A stretch of DNA of 63,989 nt, counting the filler, from Neolecta irregularis DAH-3 (Eukaryota): assembly GCA_001929475.1 (NCBI GenBank). It is 11 parts of 11 records of this genome, joined end to end, with 100 filler letters (N's around TTAATTAATTAA, not from the genome) between each part and the next. Parts side by side here need not be neighbours in the genome. Positions count along the whole stretch, not along the records: positions 22,442 to 28,856 come from LXFE01000722.1; positions 28,957 to 31,629 come from LXFE01004388.1; positions 31,730 to 41,790 come from LXFE01004390.1; 8 more parts are not named here. One strand, given 5' to 3'. Positions 24,382-37,772 of this stretch are shown piece by piece (position 1 is the first letter of the stretch; each line of letters starts with the position of its first letter). A program made the position numbers and the translations under genes. The notes beneath the pieces are model-generated. The model was not told where the DNA came from. It did not search any database and worked only from the letters and a program-made list of their open reading frames with translations.

Positions 24382-25436
24382 CTATTCTGCCTTGTTTGTA
24401 AGTTTTTTAATGGCTTGCAGTTGACGGTGGGCTCTGTACTATGGATGATGAGCAAATATATAAACTATGTGAGTTATACCTTCTTGTCCGTTCCACAGAT
24501 GTAATCCCACCATCTAAAACTAGTTGAGTAACAGTTGTTAGAGTTTTGGTGGTGATAATCGTGATGTTCCGCGCCCGACCAGAACGGGATAAACTTGTTC
24601 AGGGACCACGGGAAATCTAGCTCTTCAATATTGTATGGTTGCAAAAAGAAATACCGTAGCCTGAATGTGCATCAATAGCCTGAAACAATCGAAGAGCGAT
24701 CCAGGCATACACTGTGACGAGATGGAGATTTCCGGTGATTGCCGTATACAATATTGGACTCCCAACAGTTCCAAGGCCTAAAACAATAACTTCAATAGGG
24801 TGAGCATATTCTGCGGCAAGTCCGAACGGCGCAGAAAAGCGATGATGACGTTTATGTATATATTTGTAAAAAGGACCGTAGTGCAGGAGCCTATGGGCGA
24901 AATAGTGGAATGTGTCTTCCATGATGAAAAAAATTGCAAGTTGAGGCAGCATTTCCTGCCATTTCGGAAAGGGGGGAGAAATTCGAAGGCCAAAGTGTTC
25001 ACACAAGGGATGAAAAAGCCAAATCTGGGCAACTTCGACTGTGAAGTGAGTGAACAAAACGTATGTTACACAATCCCTAAGGTCTTGTGCCGAGGGTAGT
25101 TTTTGCTGGACAAGTGAGTTTGAAAAGGCAGAGAAATGGAGGGGGTACATCTTGGATCTTCCATTTGTTGAAATAAGGAAGATGGTCGATGATGTACCAG
25201 GGCAGCGCTCTTCCAAAATACAAAAGCTGGTGGATTACAAATGAAAGAATCCCGGTGGCAAGGACATCATTATCCATCCATTTGTAGTACGCCATCCATA
25301 GTGCTTCCAGGGAGGAGAGAAGCGGAGCAGTGTGTTTGACTTGATTCAACGTCGACAGAAACCCATCTGCTCTGACTGTATAGTTTGAGAAAGAAGCCCT
25401 AGTAATCAGTCTTAAAGGCAAATGGAAAGCGTACAT
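24382..25436 (-). CDS. ERG25: C-4 methylsterol oxidase
   Basis: [48 protein letters not shown] His boxes. Confidence 0.97.
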
Positions 25437-25583
25437 GGCGAGGATATCTTGGTTTACGCGGACGAAACGGGAAAGCGACGGTTTAATCAAAGAAGTGGTC
25501 TGATCAGCCACATATCCCCTTTGAGCCTAGCACCTGGCCGAGAATGGCGCGAACGATCACTCCGCCATCAAACCTGTGCCGCG

Positions 25584-25880
25584 ATGGAAAGCCCGTTTGA
25601 AGAACAGCAGGCTGCGCTGATCTCACGCATTATGGGCAATGTCGTGCGTATTAAGCAATTACAAGCACTGATTATACAGGAGAAGCTGAACGAAGCAGTC
25701 TTGACGCTGAATCGGGCGCTGCAGGTGCGATTTTGAATGAAGCGGCACTGATGTGAATTGCAGAATGCCAACCAGCAAAACATGCAGGTCGAAATTGTGT
25801 CTCAGATGTGGGAAAACTACAGCCGCAATGTGCGAATCAGCCTGGAGAGTACTGGTGGACTTGGGCGGCCAAAGGGTTGA
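25584..25880 (+). CDS. DAD4: DASH/Dam1 complex subunit Dad4 (2 introns)
   Basis: MESPFEEQQAALISRIMGNV|EKLNEAVLTLNRALQ|NANQQNMQVEIVSQMWENYSRNVRISLE. Confidence 0.93.
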
Positions 25881-25990
25881 GGAAGTGAGACAGTCGTTCT
25901 TTTGTGTGCTTGTAGCATAAATAGCATCCACCACCACCATATCTCCTTGTTCCCTCTTTTTTTTCTCTTTCTCTTTTCTCGCGCTGTCCT

Positions 25991-28529
25991 ATGGATAAAT
26001 CTAACCTCTTTCATCCACCGCCTGCTCATCCAGCCGTCGCTGCAGCCAGGGAATTTGTGCCGCTTACACAGTATCCAAGCACAACATCTTCGCCTTCTCG
26101 GCCGCCCATTGAGAAACTCGCTTCGACCTATGGCCGCCGCGGCACGCGAGTTCTTTCAGCTAGCAAGACGGCAGATCCAGAAGCCATGAATGTCATGGGC
26201 CGTTTTTATGACCGAGTGCTCAGCTATTCTATAGTGACAAGATATTTCATGTATATCGCACCCCTAGCAATTGCCCTCTTGATCCTAATGTTTATCGGCG
26301 CCTGGGGAAACACAGGCGCGAGTATCGGGGTATTCATTTTGATTATCGCAACTAATCTCAAATCTAGGGCGTGCGCATCGTCTGGATCTTCTTCTGGGTA
26401 AAACACCATTTTTTAGCGCTCCCAACTAGTGTAGATTGAAATTTCTTGGCTTTCGCTCTGGGGTTCCAAAGTCGTCGCAAAGATCCTGCCATTCCTTTTC
26501 AAGTTCATTGTTGGCGTCGTCTCCGTTTCTACTCAGAAATATGCCACAATCATCCACGCACTAGAAGTAGGTCTCCCTCCCTCTGAACCGTCCAACATTT
26601 TAGCTCCCTTTAACACTCGTAGGCTGGTCCGGCGTTACTCTTATATCGTTTTACCCCATCATGTACTGCCCGTGTACAGAAATACTTAACACTAAATATT
26701 CAGAACTCAAAACCCCACACAAGTGGCCGAAAACGACACAGTGGCAAAACCCTGGGAGATTGTAACCCAAAATATACTGGGGGCAGGATTCGTCTGTTGC
26801 CTAGTCTTTCTCCTAGAAAAGATATTCGTGCAAGTGATCGCCATCAACTTTCACAAGAAATCCTATGAAGAAAGAATCACATCAAATAAATGGGCAATCA
26901 ACGCTCTTACAAAGCTATACAGTCATTCAAAAGCATTGTTTCCAACATTCACATCCGAATTCCACAATGAAGATTTAATCCTGCTTGGCACGACAAGTAG
27001 TCGTAATGGCAGTGTCATGAATCTGAACAAAGTACTTGGAGGAGCAAAAAGAGCGTTCAACAAAGCTACCGGTGTTTTTGGGAATGCCGCGAGCGAAATT
27101 GTCGGACGAAATGTATTTCGTCCTGATGCACCATATAGCGTTGTGATCGACGCACTCACCTCCAAAAAGAAGTCTCAAGTTCTTGGACGACGAATTTGGA
27201 TGAGTTTTGTCGAAGAGGGAAAGGACACACTCACGCTTGAAGACCTTTATGAAGTCATGGGCGATGACAACGATGAAGCTGAAAAGATCTTTTTTCTCTT
27301 TGACAAGGATGGAAATGCAGATATATCTCTTGAGGAGATGGAAATGTCTGTTGTTGGGCTTGGAAAGGAACGAAAAGCCATTACGCGGAGCATGAAAGAT
27401 ATTGACTCTGCCATCCGCAAATTAGATGATGCCTTGCAAGTCATCGTCTTTATTGTTTCGATCTTTGTTTTCGTAAGGCATTTGTGTTCAATCTTGGCTT
27501 ACCTCCAGGTCTCTTTTCTCAACACAAACTTCAATACCACTTTAGCCACAGCCGGAACAACTCTTCTCTCACTTTCCTTCATATTCTCAGTAACCGCTCA
27601 AGAAGTCCTCGCCAGTATTATCTTTGTCTTCTATAAACATGCTTTTGAGTATTACTCTGATAATAGCTAAACTAACCTGAAGTGTCGGAGACCGCGTAGA
27701 CATTAACGGAACTTGCTTCGTGGTCCAGGAGATTAATCTACTTTACACAATTTTCAAGAGAACTGACAATGGAAAAATCACACAGATCCCAAACAATATC
27801 CTCAATTCTCAATGGATTGAAAATATTCGTCGGTCCTCTTCAATGACAGAATCAATCTCGCTAAACGTGAATTTTAATACCTCCTTCGAAGACATTGAGC
27901 GACTAAAAGCTGAGATGTTGGCATTTGTAAAAGGAAACAGCAGAGATTTTAAAACAGACTTTGACATTACTGTTTCTGAGATTCCGGCTCTTGATACGAT
28001 GGCAATTTCAGTCTCTATTCAACATAAGAGTAACTGGCAGAATGACTCTTTAAAAAGTCAGCGAAGAAATAAGGTAATCTTTTATGCATTCCAAGCGAGA
28101 TTAATTCTCTAGTTTATGTGCGCCCTTGTCTGTGCATTGAAAGAAGTCGGGATAGGTGGTCCGGGACCCTCACTCGGTGCTCCTTCAAACCCATTCACAG
28201 TAGTCAAGAAGAATACCGAAACAGTTAGTTCTCCACCAAGTAACGTCGGTACTACACGAGACTGGCTAGATGTTTTATCTTCCCCACAACCACAGCGACG
28301 ATCAAACACTATCCTCACACGAAATGGAAATCATGTGGAAGTGACTATTGCAGGAATGGGATCTCGGCATGTTGTTCCTATCGCTCACGAAGATTTACCT
28401 GCTCGAGAGGCTGATGAAGAAACTTTTGTGGAAGAAAGCGAGGACACTTCGAGACTATTACAACGTGCACAAACTGGACGTCGACACAGACGGGACAGTG
28501 ATCTGGAGTATCAATCTGCCCGATTGTAA
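25991..28529 (+). CDS. MscS-family mechanosensitive channel with EF-hand (Msy1/2-like)
   Basis: QVIAINFH, EF-hand FDKDGNADISLEEM, IFVFYKHAF.VGDRV, QIPNNILN..WIENIRRS. Confidence 0.93.
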
Positions 28530-29193
28530 CGTTTGATTGATCTAGCCTGGAGTAGATTTAGTAATCTTTTTTGTAGATAAATCTGCAATAAAAGATTCGT
28601 TGATAGTTGTTGATTATCTGATCAACCCTTTTCCTTACATCTAATCCTGTGGAAAGTATTTAAGGGGCCTCTTTCTGCTTATTTCCTTTCTGTGATCTCG
28701 TCGCGCAGAATCCGTCCCAAGGGTTAAAGTCGAAACAATGAATGTTGGTTGTCGTTAAATGGGTGGGTGTGAGTACTTGACCGGTCTGGCCTATACTCCG
28801 CTGAGTCTTAAGGTCGTAGAATAGGGAATGGTTGTCAATAGTGATAACCGTTCGTANNNNNNNNNNNNNNNNNNNNNNNNNNNNNNNNNNNNNNNNNNNN
28901 TTAATTAATTAANNNNNNNNNNNNNNNNNNNNNNNNNNNNNNNNNNNNNNNNNNNNCTGCTGGGACAAAGTGCCATCTTGTATATCGCGTTGTATGGTTT
29001 GAATCCATGGTTTTGTTTCACGAACAACGGCGTCGAAATCAGGGCATTCTAGGCGCAATTTGCGCGAGTGGTTGACAATGACGGTGAGCAGACATTTGAT
29101 GTCGGGGATGGAAATGGAAACGACTCCTTTAAGAGAGGTGTACAGCTCCNNNNNNNNNNTTTTATATTCAAAAGTATCAAGCAAGGCATTCGC

Positions 29194-30987
29194 CTAGTCA
29201 ATGGAACTCCAATGAGCATGTCCTGCTCGCAGATTGTGTATCCACCGAGTGACTTTGAACAAAGTCGTTTGATCGAGTTCATTAACCGCATCTCTCTCGA
29301 CCCAGCTCCAGCCCTTTTCGCCCTCCTTTTCGACGGCCCGAAGAATCATTAACCAATCTCGCTCTTCAATGTTCAATTGTTTCTGTTTCTGCAGTTTCCT
29401 CATAGTCGCCCACCACTCTTGTGCTTTCTCGAATGTGTTTGGCATTAGACGGAATGCTTTTAATAAAGATCGATAGGTGTTTTGTTGTGGTGCCAGATTA
29501 TTTTCAAGCATCCAGGAAATGACCTGATCGACCAGATCCGGACGTTTCATATCGCCAAACCCGACGATCATGGCGTTATACGAAGAAATCGGCAAGGCCA
29601 CTTTGAATTTCCTGCAAATTGCAATAAATTCCTCCACCACGGCAACAAGCTCGTTGTGCGGAGTAACCACGTGTAACTCGAGAATACTGGATAATAGAAG
29701 GGTGGTGTGTGTGTGAAATGAGGATCCGCCATGGGACATGTACAGTCGAAAGGTGCGCAACATGTAGTTTGTAAGTCCAGCCTTTTTGAATTCTCGAAAC
29801 ATGGCGGAAATGCCTTCGCCCCTGACTAGATCCGTTTCCAAACCGGTTCGACATGCGCGTTCAAGCATAGTCATGGCGGCATCGTGGTGTTTATACTCGA
29901 GGAGCTGGTATATCGCACTTTCGTAGAAGCGATCTGAGCGGGGTATATAGTCACTTGATCGTCGTAGATTTTCAGCGCGCGTGAAATATTGAAAGAATTC
30001 GGGTAAACGGGAATGATGGGCGTATAACGTTGTCATTCCGCGAAATAAATTCAAGCTCGGTGGGAGCTGCCTTTTGTCGGTTGCTTCTTTGAATAAAGCC
30101 TCGCAGTGTTGCAACGGACAGCCAGCTTTTGTCAAAAGGCCGATAGCAGAGCCAAAGACTCTGGAATCGACGTTTTTAGACTGTTTCTCTGACGAGAAAT
30201 CATCGTATTCACAAGGTTCCTCCCCGGGCTGTATTTTAGGCAGGCTTTTATGCAGCAAGTTCCATAATTGTGTTCCCTCGTCATAGGCTCGAGCTTCTTT
30301 GTAGAAATCGAGAATCTTGACCCAATGAAGAGCCTGCTGGGACAAAGTGCCATCTTGTATATCGCGTTGTATGGTTTGAATCCATGGTTTTGTTTCACGG
30401 ACAACGGCGTCGAAATCAGGGCATTCTAGACGCAATTTGCGCGAGTGGTTGACAATGACTGTGAGCAGACATTTGATGTCGGGGATGGAAATGGAAACGA
30501 CTCCTTTAAGAGAGGTGTACAGCTCCATTGCGGCGAAGGCATTTTGGTTCGACAGGGCATATCTGAATTGAAACAGCTGCGGGCGTTAGCAGATGCTGCA
30601 GCAGAACAGTACATCGGGCTGAAACGCGCCCTCGATCATGTTGTCGGAAACACCCANNNNNNNNNNTGACAGGGCATATCTGAATTGAAACAGCTGCGGG
30701 CGTTAGTAGATGCTGCAGCAGAACAGTACATCGGGCTGAAACGCGCCCTCGATCATGTTGTCGGAAACACCCAGGCCTTGCAGGTCTTTGTGGGCGGAAA
30801 GGCCAGCTTCGGCGCGGCGGGCTTCGGCGGGGCGGGCTGTTGGGCGCTCTGGGCGACGACGGGGTCGATGTTCTGGGTAGACATTGCCGGGGGGCGCAGG
30901 AGGCAAAAAGGGCTTTGAGGACACTGGTCTGCAGCAGCGGGGATGCCTGTGGCGGGACAGCGACCGGGCGATTCTGCCTACATTCAT
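29194..30987 (-). CDS. Mitochondrial pentatricopeptide-repeat protein; interrupted by a gap duplication at about 30657
   Basis: Arg-rich N-terminus; PPR motif SYNAMIVGFGDMKRPDLVDQVISWMLENNLAPQQNTYRSLL. Confidence 0.8.
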
Positions 30988-31099
30988 GGGCAGGAAGCAG
31001 AGCAGGAAGCAGAATCAGAAATGAGAAATTGCGAGAAAATAAAAGGTCACGTGCAGAAAACTTTGCCGAATGTATCAACTACACATTACCAGTCTACGA

Positions 31100-31629
31100 C
31101 TACACGACTGCGGCCACGAGCACCAGGGCTGCGACAGCCTGCACGGCGAGCAGGCGCTGCGCCGACGACTTGAGCGTGGCGCTGGGCGCAGAGGGCGTCG
31201 AGACGGTGCGGTTGCCGGACGGCGCGGTCGAGTTTGCGCGGACCGGTGGCGTGGCAAGGGTCGGTGGCGCAGCGGCAGTGGCGTTTGCAACATGTGGCGC
31301 AGCAGGAGCCCGGCAGACGGTGCAGAGCGCGTGGCCGGTGCCGTAGACGCCTGCGCGCGAAACATCGGCAGAGGCGGCGTACTGCGACACGGCGGTGCAG
31401 GCGTCGACGCTGTTCGCCGTCGCGCAGAGCGCAGTGCCGTTTGCGCGCGGGGCAATGCCCGCCTCGCACACCGTGTAGACATTGACCACCGCTGCTCGTC
31501 AGTCCAGCGCCGGCAGCCAGCACGCACTCTGCATAAAGTTTGTGTAAAAGTCGCTGGGGCTGCCGAGGTCAATGCCCCGCGCAGCCAAGAGACAGTCGCG
31601 GCAGCCGCTGGACGCACCAATCCACGCCG
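31100..31629 (-). CDS. Cys-rich, probably GPI-anchored surface protein (3' part)
   Basis: CRDC...C...C...CTVC, then a S/T/P/A-rich stalk and terminal hydrophobic LLAVQAVAALVLVAAVV*; one 36-nt intron. Confidence 0.7.
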
Positions 31630-31729
31630 NNNNNNNNNNNNNNNNNNNNNNNNNNNNNNNNNNNNNNNNNNNNTTAATTAATTAANNNNNNNNNNNNNNN
31701 NNNNNNNNNNNNNNNNNNNNNNNNNNNNN

Positions 31730-32901
31730 ACCGGCCCGCGCACCGGCACCGGCACCGGCCCCGGCACCGGCCCCGACGATCTGCCGACCAACGAGATCTA
31801 CTCGCTCAGCCCGGTGCGCTTCGACTCGCAGAAGCTGCTGCTCTCGCCGCGCAGGCAGCCCCGCGTCGTCAGCAGGGTGCCGTACAAGGTGCTCGACGCG
31901 CCCGACCTGCAGGACGACTTCTACCTCAACCTCATCGACTGGGGCGCCAACAACATGCTCGGCGTCGGCCTCGCGTCGTGCTGCTTCCTCTGGCACGCGC
32001 ACTCTGGGAAAGTCACCAAGCTGTGCGATCTGGGCCCCGCCGACTCTGTCACCAGCGTCAACTGGATCCAGCGGGTCTGCGTCCTCGAGGCTGCGCTGAC
32101 CGCAGGGCACCCACATCGCGCTCGGCACAAACAGGGGCCTCGTGCACATCTGGGACACCGAGCGCCTCCGCCGCGTCCGCACCATGTCCGGCCACACCTC
32201 GCGAGTCGGTGCGTCGCTGCCCGCCCGCCCGCCTGCTCACACTAGGCGCCCTTGCGTGGAACGACTACATCCTCTCGTCCGGCGGCCGCGACCGGCTCAT
32301 CTACCACCGCGACGTCCGCTCCCCAGACCACTACCTGCGGCGGCTTGCCGGCCACAAGCAGGAGGTCTGCGGGCTGAAGTGGAACTGCCAGGACAACCAG
32401 CTGGCGTCCGGCGGAAACGACAACAAGCTGATGATCTGGGACCGCTCAAAAGAAGTGCCCCTCCACAAGTTCGCAGACCACACCGCCGCGGTCAAGGCCA
32501 TCGCCTGGAGCCCCCACCAGCACGGGCTGCTCGCAAGCGGCGGCGGCACTGCAGACCGCAGAATAAAGTTCTGGAACACGCTCACCGGCCAGCCCATCAA
32601 CGAAATAGACACCGGCTCCCAGGTCTGCAACCTCGCCTGGTCAAAAAACTCCAACGAAATCGTGTCCACCCACGGCTACTCCCAGAACCAGGTCATCGTA
32701 TGGAAGTATCCGTCAATGGCACAGGTCGCCACTTTGACTGGCCACACCCTGCGCGTCTTGTATCTCGCAATGAGTCCCGATGGCCAAACGGTCGTCACCG
32801 GAGCCGGCGACGAAACCCTGCGCTTCTGGAACGTTTTCGGAAAAAGCAAAACAGACGCTCGCAATGCGTCGATATTCGATCCCTATACAAAGATCAGATA
32901 G
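31730..32901 (+). CDS. CDH1: APC/C activator Cdh1/Ste9 (Fizzy-related), 5' truncated
   Basis: PYKVLDAPDLQDDFYLNL, WD40 repeats, LASGGGTADR, C-terminal IR tail. Confidence 0.96.
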
Positions 32902-32981
32902 ATTTTCATCGTATTGGGCGTTGGGACTGTTCCTTTTTTACGCTAGGTTATATTGTACATTACATCAGGTTGAAAAGTTAC

Positions 32982-34623
32982 TTATTCTTTACACTCTAAC
33001 CCAATATCCGCCATGTTTTTCTCCACTGTCATGCTATTCTGACGAATTCTATCGCCAATCTCTTCCATGAAAGTGTTTTTCTCCACTGCCATATTCTGAC
33101 TCCCAGGCGAATTCCATCGCCCAATCTCTTCCTGTAGCGCTTCCAGCTCTTTCTGAAACCGTCGGCCAAAAACATCAACTACTTGTAAGTTGGTCCAAGA
33201 CCACAACCTGCCATAGTAATTGGCCCCGTTCCACACACTCCACCCAAACACAGTGGTCAAAAAACATGCAGACCATATTCGGTAAGAGTACCATATCGGA
33301 CAGGGAATCATAGTAACCATCGCGTATGAATACTACCAATGAGCAGACCACGATACCGGTAGTACCTGAATCGCCATAAACAGCACCACCTGCACTGGTT
33401 CAGGGAATTTGGCTATAAACCGCCCAATCATGGTTTTCGCATAATTCTTTCGCAGCCAAGTAAACGATGTCGGCCGGCCTGCAAGAATTTTGTCGCGTCG
33501 TCGAATGTTGATGAGAAGATAATACACAGACTGCCAGAGAATGTACGCAATTGAAGCATATCCGAGCGCCGACAACAACTCGAGACGCGGAGTTTTCACG
33601 AGCGCAGGGAATCGCTGGTGTGATAGTGCCGGGGGAAGAATGTGACATATTGTATGCAGTATGAGAGCTGGGTATATATGGATGAAAAGGGCTTCGNNNN
33701 NNNNNNTGGGGGAAGAATGTGACATATTGTATGCAGTATGAGAGCTGGGTATATATGGATGAAAAGGGCTTCGCGTTAGACCTTGCTGCAAAATCCTTAC
33801 ATGTGACTTTATCTCTAAGAGTTAGAAAGTCCACCAAGAAAAGGCACAGTGAATGGAAGACCAATGAATTCCTCCAAGCCAAAATTGCGAATGCCAGACT
33901 GCCATTAGAGAGGCAGTATACCGATATGAAAAGAGAACGAGAGTGCGGGAAGAACCATATAAACACTACAAGCTAAAATCAAGATTAAAGAAACAAGGGT
34001 TGGGACGTACCATCATGTTGACATGATAACAAAGGTCCATCAGAAAGTAGTGATCTAGCGCTCAGGCTAGCCTGGATGTATAGCTTACAAGCCTTGCGGC
34101 GATAGCTAGATACATCAACATATAAGAGTAGCCAAACATACACCATCCACCTCAAGGGAAAGAAATACGCCAGCTGTAAAGTGTACCTCGCAGCGTCAGT
34201 CTCCAGTTGTATCTCCTGTACCAGATATGCAGTTTCTCAGGGAGAGCTCCGAGGAGATACGCAGAGAGAAACACATTGAAGACGCCCAGCGCAAACGCAA
34301 TCTTCTCCCTGGTTTGCAGGACCTTGCCATCGTGCCATTTGTTTTTGAGTTTCTCCAAGTGGTTATCAAAGCGAGCCTTTACGCGATCAAATTCCTTGTC
34401 GACGCTGACAGTGCGCGGCGCCGTAAGTATCCTCTCTTTCAGCTGCAATTCAGAGCGCGCAGGCCGATGCACATACCGCAGACCCCGTCTGGCGCACATG
34501 GCGGTTCCAGCGGTCAAACGTGAGCGGCAGCGCAATTAGATTTTCGAGTGCGCTGAACAGCGCCAGCGCTCCAATGTCAGAGCCGTCGGTCAGTTCCTGG
34601 TCGTCAGAGTGGTCAGAGTCCAT
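32982..34623 (-). CDS. GPC1: Glycerophosphocholine acyltransferase Gpc1 (DUF2838)
   Basis: REKIAFALGV, HYFLMDLCY, GSLAFAILAWRNSLVFHS, RPTSFTWLRK, WNGANYY.DVFGRRF. Confidence 0.9.
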
Positions 34624-34717
34624 GCGGCATCGTCCTCGCCCGACCGCGACCCCGTCAATCCAGGCGTCACGTGTGCCCTCGAATCTAACCTCCAATTCCA
34701 TCCCGCTGCCACCAGCC

Positions 34718-36973
34718 ATGGCGACCAGCAATGCCGCCTCGCAGCAGTTCTCGCCGCAGGATCTCAACCGCATTGTTCTCGAGTATCTCAACAAGAAGGG
34801 CTACACAAAGACCGAAGCCATGTTGCGCCTCGAGGCCGCCCGTGCGGCGTCAGGCGCCGACCCGCCCCGCCCGCGCGACGATTATTTTACTGCAACAGCA
34901 GATTCATATGCGCAAGCTTATGTGTTGGTGCGCAGCTGGGTCGAGAGTTCGCTGGATCTTTACAGGGTAACGCACCCTCCGCCTTTTCGCCCCCACCAAT
35001 CGTCTAGCCCGAGCTGCGCAGAATCCTCTATCCGCTCTTTGTACACTCCTTCCTCGATCTCGTCGCCGCCGCAGAGTCTGCTTCCGGTATTCCCTCTGAA
35101 TCCAGCTGCTAATTCTCCACCCAGCAAAAGACTTTTTCGACACCTATGGCAAGGAACACGAACTCCATCACCCGCACGACATGCGCATCCTCTCCACCGT
35201 GACCTCACAGTCTCACATCAAAGAGAACGAACTCGCCATTCTATACCGAGCAAACAAATACAACCTGCGCTTTTCACGCACCACTTTTGACCTGATGATG
35301 CATTTCTTGGACGAACACCACCAGGCGGGCGGCAAGATAGCACTCCGACTGATCAATTCGTACATCAACATGGAAGTCCTTGCCGGGGCCCGCGGGGCAG
35401 CCACCTCAGAAGACATACTGGCCGAGGGAGAGGGGATTTCTGGACAACATGATAAATCGCTCAACGAGTATAATTCACAAGATGTCAAACTCGGCATCCT
35501 GCCACCGGAAGAGAGCGCAGAGAAAGAAATGGAAGCAATTCTAGCCGACGAAGATGCTAAATCCTCTGCAACTTGCGCCCAATTCGGCTCGACAGATTCG
35601 TCTTCACTCGTCGAAGAATACAAGAAACTGCGCCATGCAAGTAGTTCCGATGGGCCTTCTCGCGAAGCCGTGCCTTTACCCCCCATGTAACCTTCTTTTT
35701 CGTTTCCGCTGACTTTAGGAAAGGTATCGATTTTCAGGTCGAGCTACGGACAGTCAAAGATTACCGACGTCGTTTGAAACTTGACCCCCAATCCGCCCTG
35801 CCTAGTGTCTGTATGTATACGTTGCACAATACGCATGATGGGTGTGCAACGTCTATTGCATTTCTCATCGTCTAGCCTCAACTGTATCGATTTTTCAAAA
35901 GATGCATCGATGCTCGCCGGCGGGTTTGCCGAAAGCTATGTCAAGATCTGGTCTCTGAAAGGCGATAAACTCAAAGGCCCGGGTCGGCCTGAGAAAGACG
36001 GTATTAACCTGCCCGTGATGTATTAACAACTAGGTGCTGGAATGAGCAGTCGTCGAATGATATCTCATTCGGGTCCTGTTTACGGAGTCGACTTTAGTCC
36101 AGACAATCGCTATCTCCTTTCCTGCTCTGAAGATACCACTGTCCGACTCTGGTCTCTCGATACTTTTACCGCGATGGTAGCCTACAAAGGCCATGCCCAT
36201 CCTATTTGGGATGTGGCATTTGGCCCCTTTGGGCATTACTTTGCCACTGCTTCACACGATCAGACTGCGCGGTTATGGAGCTGCGAACATATTACGCCTT
36301 TGCGTATATTTGCTGGACATCTGAGCGACGTCGATGTAGAGTGACATTCTAGAAATTTCTGACCTCTAGTGCGTCCAATTCCATCCGAATTCCGCATACG
36401 TTGCGACTGGGTCAAGTGACAAGACTTGTCGGCTATGGGACGTACAAAGAGGCCAGTCGGTAAGGGTGTTTGCTGGTCACAATGGGCCGGTGACCTGTAT
36501 AACTATTTCTCCGGATGGAAAATGGCTGGCTAGCGCAGGTGCAAGTTACTCGAGGGCTCTTTTGATGTTGTAGGCGAAGATGGTGTTATCAGTATCTGGG
36601 ACCTTGGCTCGGGAAAACGTTTAAAGGCAATGAGAGGACATGCGCCTGGATCTATATATTCACTCTCTTTTTCGCAGGAAGGTACTGTTTTGGTTAGCGG
36701 TGGCTCAGACATGACTGTTCGTGTCTGGGATGTTAAAAAATCGCCTTGCATCGACACGGCAACTCTTGCTTCCATAACTGTTGCTGCTGCAAGGACCCAA
36801 CTAGCTGGAAAGGAAAAACCGGAGAATACACAGACGTATACCTGCACGATATTCAACCCTAATGATTCAGGGACGATCATTTGAAAGCCTTTCACACAAA
36901 AAGGACGCCAGTGTACCAAGTTCATTTTACCAGAACAAACCTGGTACTTGCAGCAGGAGCTTTCTCGCTATGA
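34718..36973 (+). CDS. TAF5: TFIID/SAGA subunit Taf5
   Basis: Lis[19 protein letters not shown]2 [13 protein letters not shown]40 [20 protein letters not shown]. Confidence 0.97.
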
Positions 36974-37096
36974 CTTATGAATACCGTAGGCATGTATATT
37001 ACTCTAATTCATTGTTGTCTAGCGACCCTTGATTAGACAAAACTTGCACACTTTTGTAATACTATATACATCTACAACACCAATTGCCATGAGCGT

Positions 37097-37595
37097 TTAC
37101 GGAATCTCGTCGCTTTCACTGGCTTCCGAGTCAGACTCCTCGTTCAAGAACCGAAAGATGTCGTTCAAGACATAATAGCCTTTAGGCTGCTCTGCCAGAA
37201 AAAAAGTCTGAACGAATTTTTGCGACGGTCCGCCGTTATTTGACATTTCTCCCAAAACCATGATTACAATGCCATTGTTGGCCGAGGCTTGGCAATCAAC
37301 GTTCGATACCATGACTTTGCAATCGCGAAAATCAAGTTTGGTTATCTTGTCGTGGATTTCCTATCTGATAAACTCTTGGCTTGGGCGGGAGTACCTGTTG
37401 GCCAACGCAGAGGGAAGCCATTTCGCCTTCATGGCCATGGAGGAACGAGGACTTTTTGGTATAAAAACGCTGGGATATGAGCTATGTGGTGTGATCAAGT
37501 ACATGTAATCGAGCGGGGTCTTTGTTCAGGAAAGAATAGTACTCTTGTACAAAAGTCCATGAAATCATTTCGAGGGAGGCATGGGTATCCGCCAT
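37097..37595 (-). CDS. NTF2-like domain protein of the G3BP/Bre5/Nxt3 type, without RRM
   Basis: WTFVQEYY...RLH.FY...VLGEMSN...KFVQTFFLAEQPKGYYVLNDIFRFL, then a short acidic tail and stop. Confidence 0.85.
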
Positions 37596-37772
37596 CGCAA
37601 CAGGCGGTGTGGTTATAGTGGGTGGGGCGACAGACGGGTGTAGGGGATTTCTAGCATGACGATTTGATTTACACCATGTGAAAAAAGCAACAATATCAAT
37701 CACGCTCGCATGGTCTAGTTCTTACAAACACCTCGAGTCATAAACCGCGCTAATCAACCAAAAACACCTTCC

